Shown: positions 25,501 through 35,854 of the stretch, piece after piece
How positions within the stretch are numbered: position 1 is the first letter of the stretch
How the letters are laid out: every line of letters starts with the position of its first letter
Assembly (NCBI GenBank): GCA_001642005.1
Contig: LWCA01000269.1
Location: 1-35,854 of the forward strand
Direction: 5' to 3'
Length of the DNA stretch: 35,854 bases
Source: Intoshia linei
Lineage: Eukaryota; Animalia; Orthonectida
The notes under the pieces: generated by a model
Seen by the model: only the letters and a program-made list of their open reading frames with translations
What the model was told of the DNA's origin: nothing
Databases searched by the model: none
Position numbers and translations under genes: made by a program

Positions 25501-28500
25501 GACCCTGAAGATATATCTTTTGTAATTAAAATGTATGATAATGCTCATGATTTTATATATATGTGTATCAGATTTTTTTTAAATTCTAGGTCTCGTTTCA
25601 ATTTATAAACTAACTTTTTAAATCTTCAGTAATAAATTTTTTAAATTTTTTAAACAGTTTTAAATTAAGTATTAAATGATGCTGTATTGATTAAAAATGC
25701 CTTGTAAAACATTTATTCTTTTTTAGTGTATAATTTTATGTAATGGTTGCTACCTGTATTTCCTAACGATTTCTTTTTCATCATCCCGATTTTATAAAAA
25801 AAATTAAAATTTGTGTTTTTCTATAACTATATTTATTTCCTCATAACTAAAATTTGATGCATTAGAAAAAATAGAGTGAAAAATAATTGTGACTACGCGT
25901 AATAATATTTGATACTTTAAATTATTTTAAAAAAATATAAATTATTAATAGTAATAATGAAAAATTATGATATTATTAAATAATTAGATGTTGAATGCTA
26001 TAAGGCTACACCTACACAATGTCAGGTTTGCAATGGTTATTGGTTTAATGCAGGAATTTGTAAAGGTTATAAATTTACTTTTTTATTTTTATTTTATGAA
26101 TGATAATTCCAAAATCAATATTAGATCCCTAAAAATATTGCGCAGTTTATTTAAATACCAGATAGAACCACCCACCTTACTGCAGTGGTATGGACTTTAC
26201 AGTGTAAATTTGATACACAAAATAGTTATGATATTCAAAAAAATAATTTTCCAAATGCTTGTTTTACAAAATTAAAAAAATTTTGTCGAACCCCAGCTAC
26301 ATCACGCATAGAGGGCTCTCGGTACGGTAGATTCAACTCAGTACGTTCGAGTGTATTCTAAATTTTAGATTTCGGTTCTATATATTATAAATTTATTTAA
26401 TGATTAATATACTTTACATATATTTAAACTAGAAACATCATGTCAACAAACTGCAAGCACTATATTAAGCAGACCTGAATGTAATGGATGTGAAAATAGG
26501 ATTTGGATAATTGGTTCTTGTGTTTTAGGTTTTAATTTTCTGTAGTTAATGCGTTAATACATTATAACTGTTTTGCATTGGTATAGTCATATTTTCATTT
26601 GATATGGTCTTGTTTGCATTTGAAATATTATGTTTTAGATAATATCTAATGCAAACAACCATATCAAATGAAAATATAACTATACCAATGCAAAACATCC
26701 ATATAACTCATCTTTATATATATAAAGTAATTTAGTTAGAAATTTACGTCTGTTTATTTATTTTCTGTTTGTTCCAGTTTATTTAAAAAAGTAAGAAAAG
26801 CCAAGTTTTCAAATTCCATCTTTCTAGTACAGTTTTGTGAGGGTAATGTTTTATCAAAATTTATTTTCGAAAAATTGAGTCCATCCAGGTCAAAAACTCT
26901 AATTATCCTTTTTTTAAAATTGAAACCAGTCCTAGACTTATACAAAATAAACTATCTGATAAAGATTTAGTAAATTACGTTTAAGTTTATTTACATTAAA
27001 GTTTCACGATCACAACCAGATTACCCTTTTTTAATAAAAATGAAAATAGTCTTAGAATGTAAAAAAATGACAGCTACTAAACTACGGCCGCGACTTACAA
27101 ATCTATTACAAAGTACACCGGTGATATCTTACAAATTATCATATATCATCAACTTAGATTTTAAATATATACTATCGACTTGTCATTTCTAGATCATGAG
27201 AAACTTATTAACTCATTAACTTAATTTAATAAGCAAATTTTTATAAATGAGTCTATAGTTGAGGAACTCTGCTATATAGCATGTTTAAGTAAGATTTTAT
27301 TATTGACTTCATTTTTTTGGTACACTTGAAAAGTTCGCCATCGACAGGGCTAGGTGCTGATTGTACGAAGTACATAACAGTCAACCTAGTAATAACATAA
27401 ATATATATTAACATAATATATATAAGATGAATTAGCTATGAAAATTAACAATGAAACTTTTCTAGATGTAAATTTTTCTAAAATGACTAATATAATTTTG
27501 AAATTTTTGACTTAAATATTTAATATTGTCGTAATTGTACTGAATTATTTATTATTTAAAATGGTATTATATTATATACATTAACTGTATATTTTATTGC
27601 TTATATCTGTAAGCAAGATTACATATTGTGGTAATCACAGATGTCTTCTTATTCATAATTATTATTATTAATTATTAGGAACAATGTGCGGTGGACCTTG
27701 GAATAATAATTTATCTATTTATTGTTCTCATTCGTGGGTTTATCCGGAGTGTATTGGTAATATTTATATTTTTAAAACAAAATTACAAATAGTAGTTAAT
27801 GATATTACCGTGGAACAAACGATTAATGATAGAACATTTTCAGATAAAGACAGACATTATCTAATTTAGTTTATTTTAGTAATGGAAGTATTCTGTTAAT
27901 CCAAAGTTACCAATAATACACTATGTAATAATTAAAAATATGAGTTGAGGAACTTTTTGTAATGCAATGGCTTATCAACTGAAAAAATGTATTTATTACT
28001 CAAAAAAGAATCTTATTTTTTTTCTATTAAAAATCAATTATAATTATATTATGTATTGAATTTTATAGGGATTTTAGCTTTTTATTATAATAATCATAAC
28101 CTGGTATGTCATTAACATTTTAGGAAAATTTAAAAACAAAAACTTATTTTATATAATTAATAATGATAATTATAGCATTGGATTGCAATAATTTGATATC
28201 ATTAGACACAGAATTAAAATGTACTGCATGTCATAACAGGAAATTCGAAGTCGGTAAAGGATGTTTAGGTATATATTTACGTATATAAAATTGGATATCT
28301 CTTAATGTGTGTCTCAGATTTCATTTCAACTAATTATGCAAATATTATATACAAAAACGTAACAAGGCAGGATATATTATTAAGATTAAAAATAATCTTT
28401 AATATAGACGTTCTCTATTTATATAGTCATGTTTGGACTAAATAAGGACATGTTTGTATTTGATGTAGTCATGTTTGCATTTAATATGGTCATATTTGAA

Positions 28501-31500
28501 TTTGATATAGTCATAATTACTATGATTAATAATAAACATAATGACTATATTATATTCAAATATGACCATATTAAATGCAAACATGACTATATCAAATACA
28601 AATATGACTATATAAATAGAGAATATCTATAATGAAATAATTAAGATTAAAAATAATTAATTCNTTTTTCAACGCCCCCTTGAAAAAATTTTTGACTACG
28701 TCGTATTATATGTATTTAAAAATTTACTCAATAATAATCATTAATCAAATTTTTTTTTTATTCAACTTTAATTTCAAGTGATTATGAAATATTTCCTAGG
28801 ATGACATTAAATATTGATGAAAATTATATCTTTACTTATATAAAACTCTATGTTTGTCTGTCTGTGTGTTATCGTTTATTTAAATAACTAAGAGTCTAAG
28901 AATTTTAACAATTTCATATTTCTATTATAGTTTTTTTTGGAGTGAAAATAAAATAAATTTCAAACTCAGAAACTCACATCTTACAGGTCAAAAACCCCAA
29001 TTATCCTTTTTTTGGAAATCAAACTAGCTTTAAAATTTAAAAAAATATTCACTCTGATACAGATTTTAAAATCATAAATATTATCATAAATTTAAATTTG
29101 AAAAAGCCCAAATACCCTTTTTTTAAAAAATGAAAATTGTCCCAGAATTTTAAAAAAACTTACAAATCATACAGTATCTCCACATTTTACATACAAAAAA
29201 TTTTGATCTCACTAAGTAACCTCTGCACGGTTAAAAAAGCACTTTTATAATTAAAATATGTCTTAGATATAAAAACATTTTAAATACTACATTAGTATTT
29301 TACTAACAACCACCAACCAATTCTGTACAACTTACCTAGATTAGATATATAGATATTTTCTATTTATATAGTCATGTTTGCATTTAATATGGTCATATTT
29401 GAATTTGATATAGTCATAATTACTATGATTAATAATAAACATAATGACTACATTAAATTCAAATATGAGCATATTAAATGCAAACATGACTATATCAAAT
29501 ACAAACATGACTATATAATTAGAGAATATCTCTAACTACATAGTAATAGAAACAGCCTATAATTATCAAATACTCAATTATTCTGTTGTGATTCACAAAT
29601 GACTATACTTTTAGTTTTAATTTCTAAATAATCTTACATTAATTAACAAACAAAATTTTATAATGGGATTTTTAGGGAAATTTTTTTTTACCATATTTTT
29701 AAGGGGTTTTGTAGGAAAACATTTTTTACTAAATATTTTCTAGATGGTTTTTAGTGAAATTTTTTTGATGATATTTTCAAGGTAGTTTTTAGAGAATTTT
29801 TTTTACAATATTTTTATTATTTTATAAAATTTGATATAATTAATGGTTCTTGAATTTAAAAATAAAACAAAAAGTCAAGCTAGTAAATTATAATTCATAT
29901 TTTTCGAATGTATTGCAATGGTGTAATTATAAATGCCAATAAAATTATTGATTTAAAATTAATTAAAATATAATAGACAAATTGCAAAGATAACTCTCAT
30001 GACAGTTTATTAAAATGTGTATAATGTATCAATATATTCATAAATTGATTTTTAATCTTAGCGATTCCATTTATAAAAAAATGAATATTTATAAATTTTA
30101 AAAAGCTTTTAATTTTATTAAAAAATTATTAATCGATTGTTATTACAATTATGTTGTATACCCTTGTTAATATGCCAATCATAGAAATAATTTGATTCTG
30201 TTTGGTATCAACTAAACCAAGATTTTTATAATGGATCAAAGGTTTAGTTAAATAATTTATCAATAATTGCCAGCTTTCTCCAAACGATTGTGTTTTTCTA
30301 AAGGTACATTTTTCTTCACTTCCAAACAAATAATAATTTCTAAATAAAATGCATAATATACATTATTATTGTAATTATTTCAATAAAAATTTGATTATCT
30401 ATTTTTTTATTTAATTTTACACTGGAGTCCAGGGTTTATAATTTTCTTTGTCTCTGTTTTTTTCATTAACTGACAAATTTGAAAACTGTACTAAATTACA
30501 TTGAAATTGAAAAATAATAATTACCTGTATTTCCAACGCAAATTAACTCAAATGCCATTTTAAAGTATTTCAAGGAACCGTAAAGTGTAACATTGACAAA
30601 ATCTTGCACTGAATCACGTATCGTCAAAATAGATGTGTATGATCTGTTTGTCCGATCTTGATTTTAAGATTAGTATTACATATTATTATATAAATATTAT
30701 AATATTGTACAGCAGGGGTCAGCAACCAGTGGCCCACAAAATTACTTTAGTGGTCATTTGAGTAAATATGTAAATTATTTATTTTTAAACTTTTCAATTT
30801 TTATACATTGTTTTAAATATTTTCTATTATAATTAGCTTATTATAATCATTTTAATATTGAATTTTCAGATTTTATTTTTCAATATACTAGAAATTTTTC
30901 TCTTTAATTAAAATTGAAATGTATCATGTGTAAATATTCACAAACGGGGTCCGTATAATTTTTTGGTATAAAAAAATGGCCCACGAGATTAAAAAGGTTT
31001 CCGACCCCTGTAGTACAGTATTCTCTCTATAACTCGTCATTCTTGGGACTTAGAAAAAGTTAAGTAAAAGTAAGAAAAACTATAGAAATAGCAGATAAAA
31101 CCTTAACATTAAAGGCTAAATTAGAATAAAATGTAAATTGTAATAAAAATTGTAAAATTTGTGAATTTTAAAAAATGGTTTTAAAAATTTTTGTTTTCTA
31201 TTTTAATATTTTGGTAAGTTATAGATTAAAATTATTATAATGTTAATATTTCTATAAGGTAATGTATATTACATTAATAATCATTTGGCGAAATTCAGAA
31301 TTGGCATGTTATAGGATGGCGAATTGTGAAGATAATCCTTACTTATATAATATGATTTGTTTGTCTGTGTGGGTTATCGTTTATTTCAATAACTACCAGT
31401 TTTAGAATTTTATAAAGTCCACATTTCTATTACATTTTTTTCCGAGATTGTTAATAAGATAAATGTCAACCTCCCAAACTCACATCTTATGTAAATCTTA

Positions 31501-32935
31501 TTATAAAGCCCAATTGTCATTTTTTTGAAAATCAAACGAGTTCGAGAATTTAAAAAAATATTAATTTCAGTACACTTTAATACGGAATTTAAAATCATAA
31601 ATTTAAATTTAAAAAAAAATATATCTTCATGGCCAAAACTACAAAATACCCTTTTTTAATGAAAACAGACATAAAATTTAAAAAAATTACAGGTGGTACA
31701 GGTGTATCCTGTTAACACACACAATAAATTTCAATCTGAACAAGTGACGCTTTCACGGTCAAAACAGCACTTTAATATTTATATATTTTTTTTGCGAAAT
31801 ATTTTATTAAAACAAAAAATGTGAAATAATTAACTGTCCGAAAAATAAAAATTTTTTAGTATAACTCTTCGTTAAAAATGAATATAGGTCTACATGGTAA
31901 AAAAAGTATTATATTTCTTTCTTATATAAGTCTTTTTTCTTTTTATCTCTCTTTAAAAAAATTAAAACATTGAAAATGACAAAATAAATTTTTATAATTT
32001 TATATTTTTTAGGAATTTATAGTATTTATGACAATTTTTAGGATTGGACTGTTTTTACTTTATTTTTGATATTATACACACATTCTGTCTAATAAATCAA
32101 AAAATGGGATAACAATTATTTTTAAAATTCTTTACACAAATGTTAACAAATCAAAATTAAGATTAAATAATTCACTTTAATGTAAAAAGTAATGTGATTC
32201 CACCTAAAACAAGTTTGGGAATCACTCCTTTAAAGGATTGATAATAGTAAATAATAGTATTTTTAATTTAGATTTTCAACGTGAATTTATTTTTTTGGTA
32301 GAATAAAAATGTGCCCTCGGCAAAGCTAGGTGCTGTTTGTACGTAGTACATAACAGTCAACCTAGTACTGTATATTATAATTATATAATAAACTTTTAAA
32401 TGACTTTTGATGAAATTTTAAATTTAAGACATAAAATAGTGATGATCTTAAAAAATAGAATTTTTTAATATTCAACTTAAAAAAATAATACCATCATTTT
32501 ACAAAAATTTCGTCAGGGCTCCTCATAGAGGGGTATAGGTACAGTAGTTTCAACACTGTTAGAGGATGCATAACTTCTTTCCATTATTTTTAAATGTAAA
32601 ATTATAATTATTCATATTGTCAATAAATGTAATTGTAATAAATAATATATGTTATTAAATTTACTAATTGCAATTAGTAAACAGGAAAATATCAACATAT
32701 TGCATTTGAAATTTACAGTTTAATTTATAAATTGAACAATTACCTTTAGAAGTACATCTAGGATCCTGAACTTTGATTACAATTCCTGTTACACTCTAGA
32801 TATTATAAATGATAAACAATAAAAAATAAAAAATACAACTGATGAATCTTTTGGTGAAATGGAATATAAAGAATGATAAACACCGGTTCGATCCGAATTT
32901 GACAAATTAACAATATTTTTGGAAAACAACGTCAT
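16573..32935 (-). CDS. MEIOB: Meiosis-specific OB-fold ssDNA-binding protein MEIOB; exons 32935-32837, 32795-32744, 30656-30525, 30490-30421, 30339-30162, 19422-19322, 19284-19232, 18915-18820, 18606-18532, 18154-18010, 17141-17048, 17013-16930, 16892-16806, 16632-16573 (about 441 aa)
   Basis: Spliced motifs are collinear with recalled MEIOB: VTGIVI, YTSILTIRDSVQDFVNVTLYG, YKPWTP, LGKPK, IEIYDE..LW, DIKMTFD..TISKTLIIVNP, ISDETGS, KIKWKYLFERCKLYFK. All 13 introns are GT-AG and the exon lengths sum to an intact frame (1326 nt). Confidence 0.9.
20120..20437 (+). mobile_element. hAT (Buster/FAM200/ZBED5-like) transposase C-terminal remnant
   Basis: Reads EYPIMAEKALKILIQFSTS*FCELGFSTLTAIKHKKRAKL...LRVCVSKTRPRIKNLCKKYQAQISH*. 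Confidence 0.85.
20540..20870 (+). mobile_element. Internal fragment of the local Helitron-like repeat family
   Basis: Shares CACAC...AATCTGACAAAGTGATGTCTTCACGGTCAAAAAAGCA with 31717-31770 and 29205-29245. Confidence 0.5.
21323..29993 (+). CDS. Secreted cysteine-rich CxxC (furin-like/VSP-like) repeat protein, about 535 aa; exons 21323-21347, 21406-21432, 21477-21581, 21657-21752, 21818-21913, 21950-22051, 22088-22183, 22250-22339, 22376-22465, 22506-22634, 22668-22757, 23949-24059, 25988-26065, 26162-26350, 26433-26528, 27679-27756, 28176-28268, 29977-29993
   Basis: Signal-peptide-like start MYIYWIFGYLFSGILIA, then repeats such as CPINNCFTC..KCLDCEDGYY..C and CPEYCSDC..NCIACFSGYF..C. Every intron is phase 1 and every internal exon is a multiple of 3. 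The 3' exons (26162 onward) and the stop are less certain. Confidence 0.8.
23304..23915 (-). mobile_element. Internally deleted Tc1/mariner (mariner/maT-like) element
   Basis: About 28-bp TIRs CAGTGTGTACCATTTAAAACAGTGCACTT / AAGTGCACTGTTCTAAATGGTACACCCTG with TA flanks; minus-strand remnant CDFYLWGTIKFKIY...RIDLCI..HFEHLL. Confidence 0.88.
24109..24341. mobile_element. Tigger-like MITE (same family as 31016)
   Basis: TA|CAGTATTCTC...GAGAATATTG|TA with subterminal AACTCGCCATT inverted motifs. Confidence 0.75.
24470..24768. repeat. Minisatellite, about 4 copies of a 71-72 bp unit
   Basis: Recurring AATTTGAAAA..ATAGTT.CAAAACA.TTTGAATTAACTTTATTATT..GGAATTTTTAATTAA, downstream of a hAT-like end CAGGGGTGTC at about 24354. 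Confidence 0.75.
25270..25640 (-). mobile_element. Reverse-orientation fragment of the Helitron-like family
   Basis: AAAGTGCTTTTTTGACCATGAAGAGGTTAC and GGGTAATTTGGGGTTTTGACCCTGAAGAT are reverse complements of motifs in the 28829 and 31336 elements. Confidence 0.55.
26569..26697. repeat. Foldback inverted repeat built from 21-bp subunits (copy 1, diverged)
   Basis: TGTTTTGCATTGGTATAGTCATATTTTCATTTGATATGGT... pairs with ...ACCATATCAAATGAAAATATAACTATACCAATGCAAAACA. Confidence 0.8.
26711..27389 (+). mobile_element. Non-autonomous Helitron
   Basis: A|TC start, subterminal hairpin CTGATTGTAC-GAA-GTACATAACAG, CTAG|T end, no TSD. Confidence 0.75.
28403..28631. repeat. Foldback MITE with 21-bp subrepeat arms (copy 2)
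   Basis: TTCTCTATTTATATAGTCATGTTTG... pairs with ...CAAATATGACTATATAAATAGAGAA around the spacer ATTACTATGATTAATAATAAACATA. Confidence 0.85.
28829..29883 (+). mobile_element. Non-autonomous Helitron carrying a foldback insertion
   Basis: 5' end A|TCTTTACTTATATAA..GTTTGTCTGTCTGTGTG is shared with 31336; it ends GTCAAGCTAG|T. Confidence 0.65.
29348..29534. repeat. Foldback MITE with 21-bp subrepeat arms (copy 3)
   Basis: Same spacer and subunits as copy 2, with fewer units in the left arm. Confidence 0.85.
30713..31010. mobile_element. hAT (Charlie-like) MITE
   Basis: TIRs CAGGGGTCAGCAACC / GGTTTCCGACCCCTG; 8-bp flanks TTGTACAG / TAGTACAG (7/8 identical). Confidence 0.8.
31016..32370. mobile_element. 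Tigger-like MITE (24109 family, inverted) with its right TIR split by a Helitron
   Basis: Starts TA|CAGTATTCTCTCTATAACTCG; the right end reconstitutes as TTGTGAAGATAA[31336-32365]TACTG|TA. Confidence 0.75.
31336..32365 (+). mobile_element. Non-autonomous Helitron
   Basis: A|TC start, hairpin CTGTTTGTAC-GTA-GTACATAACAG, CTAG|T end; removing it restores the host MITE TIR without a TSD. Confidence 0.85.
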
Positions 32936-33520
32936 AAACAAAATAAAAATTTATAATATTACCTGTTAATATTCTTGGCGCGCATATATAATGTATCGCT
33001 AACATGATTATTAAAGTTTATTTTGAATTTTAAAATTTCAATTATTATTTATAATACATTTATTAATGTATTAACTATTTATTGGAATTTTAAAAGTTAT
33101 TTTATAATGAATGTTTAATTTATGCTAAATGAAGAATGTATAATGGGTCAAAACTAATCAAATTAACATAAACGACCAAGTTCCTTGAAACATCCTTTGT
33201 CCTTGTAAATATAATTTTATCCGACTAAAGATATTTGAATTGCTACAAGTATACATGGCAAGATTTGAAATTTTAACATGATTAATCGATAATTAGCCTT
33301 AAAGAATCTCAAGCGTAAGTGATCAGGAAATGCGTACTTGATTTATGTTTGAAGCATTTTTATTTTATACAATGATAAATTGTAAATAATATTAATATCT
33401 ATAAATCGTTAATTATCAGACATGTGTTATGGTTTATCGAAAAATAATTGGCTTGAATTATGATTCAGATCACCACTAAAATATATAGTTCAATCATTAC
33501 TTAAACAATATCAACAAATT

Positions 33521-35049
33521 ATGACAGTTTCGCATTTTTTTGGACTAGTATGGGTCACTATTTATATTAAAAATGATTTTAGATCAATTATTAGGAAATG
33601 ATTTCTAAAGCCTTTCCAGGTAACATTGATTGGCAAAGTTTGAATCTTTATGAAACCATTTCTGCTTATATTTGGTAAATTTTATCAAATGATAAAAATT
33701 AATAATTAGGCTTTACGTGCCGCCAATATTGATTCCCATTGGTATGATTGGAAATATTCTTATCATTTGCGTCATAAACCGCAAGGTTTTTCACCATAGC
33801 ACTACACGAATTTACATGATTACCATTTCCACTCTGGACATTGTTGTGTTGCTGATTGGTTCTTTACCTGAATGGCTAGAAGAATGTCAAGTATTTGTTT
33901 TCAAGGTTTATAAAACGTATCAATGTAACTTTAAACTTTAATTTAAGGAATTGGGCGGAATGGCTTGCAAATTTGAAAAATTCTTTTTTTATACCAGTAG
34001 TGATACCTCAATTTGGATACTAGTGTTATTTGCATTTGACCGTTGTATCGCAGTAATGCATCCCCTTAAAAAGCGAATAATTTGCACCGAGAAAAATACT
34101 GTACGAATCATTATAATTATTTTTGCACTGACAATTTTAAAAAACATTCACGTGTTCTGGACTCGTGGACCTGTATATTCCAAAACAAACAGTACTGTCA
34201 TAGTGAAAATGTGTGGCCAAATCGAGCCTCATTTCGAAAAATTTGTCCGTCCATGGATAGCGTTCACCCTCATAACAATTCTTCCATTTATTACTTTGTT
34301 TATTTGCAATATCCTGATTGTTATTGCATTACAAAGGTCTCAAAAAAAATTTATAAAATCTAAAACTGCACAAATGATAATCAATCGAGTACGCCTTCCA
34401 CCCACCACCGTTCAAAAACCTGAACTAAAAATCACTGAACATACAGAATTATTTCCTAGTAGTAAAATATCAAAAACTTCTTTGGACAGTGCACTCAAAC
34501 TTAATATTTCTACTGTTAAAAACAAAATAAAAAATGATAGAGCTATGGTTTCTATGACGCTGATGGTTTATTTTTTAATTATTGTTAATTTTTAATTTTT
34601 ATAGTGTCTTTCATCATCATTTACATTTTTAATATGTGTGGCTCCAAATATTATCATTCTTATTGGCAAACCCTACTGGAAACATACTAATGCGTACATT
34701 ATTCTCAAGGTTTGTTTTATTATTTCATAATCGACTAAATTCAAAAAAATGAAAATGGTTTAATAATTTAAATATTATTTTTAATTAAAATGTCAAGTAT
34801 AACATTTATTGTCTATTAATAATGTATTATTGATTAACATATAAACATTAACCATTTTTATATGAAAACTAGTATAAACATGTAATTATTTATACATATA
34901 ATATCCATTAATAGGCCATCAACTCTCAAATATCTAATCTCAATTATACGATTGATTTTTTCTTGTACTGTTTTTCTGGAACGAAATTCAGAAAAGAATT
35001 GAGAAACATGTTGTTTGGTAAAAAAAGGAAATCATTTATAACGAGATAA
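33521..35049 (+). CDS. Class A (rhodopsin-like) GPCR, peptide-receptor type; exons 33521-33547, 33595-33674, 33710-33905, 33948-34565, 34605-34709, 34915-35049 (about 386 aa)
   Basis: TM1 PPILIPIGMIGN, TM2 D, TM3 Cys and FDRCIAVMHP, TM5 ILPF..CNILI, TM6 FLICVAP, TM7 NYTIDFFLY followed by G.KFRKEL. The first exon is uncertain. Confidence 0.9.
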
Positions 35050-35318
35050 AATTTTTATAAAATAAATTTATGTGTATATAAATTAACGTTTGCAAGTTGT
35101 AGGTATAAATTGGTATATGGTTTTTATAATTCTTGTTACTTTTTTATTTTACTTGATCCACGTACATCAGTAGATCATTTCATTTATTCGATCGATATCT
35201 AAAGTACACTTAATTCCATTTAATGAAAAATGGGATAATTGATGCATTTAAACTAATTAAATTATAATTTGTGAGTTTATAAAATCAATTTATTTTTTAT
35301 GGTTAATTTCTTGATTTA

Positions 35319-35854
35319 CTAAACAAAACACATTTTTCGTTTGTACTCGTTATTTACTTTGGAATGGTTTTCATTTTCATTTATATGTTGTACATCATTT
35401 TGCAATTCACTACATGTATTTTTTTCAACTCTTAAAAAAAAATTTAATTTACCTGCATTTTCAGTCAAATTGGATTTTATATTAGAGTTTTGTTGTGTCG
35501 AGTTGAAATGTCGCAATCCTTCTTTACTGATATTTTGGTAATGATTCAGGTTATCATTTTTCAATCTGTTATACAATGTATTGTGCAATGTACATTGTAT
35601 AATGTACATATTTTGGTTAATCATTAACCGTTAAAGAAATCATCAAAGTTTTTAAAGTAATTTGAATCATTGCTTTCCACGTTTACTATAATCATCGGGA
35701 AAGAGCCGTCTCCGATATTAATTTTTGTTTTAAATTTTGATGATAATGTTTTTTAATTATTCCAAATTTATCTTGTCTCACTTAGTGTTTCTAGTGTTAG
35801 TGTTCTAAGGATTGGTTTATGTTCATTGACTCTTGTAATTACAGTATCAAAGCT
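35319..35854 (-). CDS. Possible 3' exons of an unidentified minus-strand gene running off the window
   Basis: Several open stretches with coding-like composition and splice-like sites (e.g. ACAG| at about 35567). I could not build a consistent splice path. Confidence 0.3.

Noticed and set aside
28429-28632. 67-aa ORF with heptad-like periodicity
   Set aside because: It is a by-product of the 21-bp subunits of the foldback element.
28403-29534. Regularly spaced repeats as a CRISPR-like array
   Set aside because: The units are contiguous and inverted with no unique spacers, the context is eukaryotic, and there are no cas genes.
32963-33005. Upstream ATG mini-exon (MLAIHYICAPRILT) for MEIOB
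   Set aside because: There is a good donor but no in-phase AG acceptor before the next coding segment; the ATG at 32935 already gives a full-length protein.

Overview
AT-rich eukaryotic (metazoan-type) genomic DNA with very short GT-AG introns (mostly 33-47 nt). This compact style resembles reduced invertebrate parasites such as orthonectids (inference only). The ORF track misses most genes because exons are short. Manual splicing recovers six genes: an INTS8-like gene (-), UAP56/DDX39 (+, 8 exons, 428 aa), NCBP1/CBP80 (+, 22 exons), MEIOB (-, 14 exons, about 441 aa over 16.4 kb), a secreted CxxC/furin-like repeat protein (+, 18 exons, all introns phase 1), and a class A peptide-type GPCR (+). 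The repeat protein is nested antisense inside a 10.7-kb MEIOB intron. Introns and intergenic DNA are filled with hAT, Tc1/mariner/pogo, Harbinger-like, Helitron and foldback remnants. The most notable structures are the nested modular Cys-rich gene, an Integrator-TREX-cap-binding gene trio, a candidate poison exon in UAP56, and NCBP1/MEIOB stop codons only 13 bp apart. All protein identities come from recalled motif similarity, not database searches.
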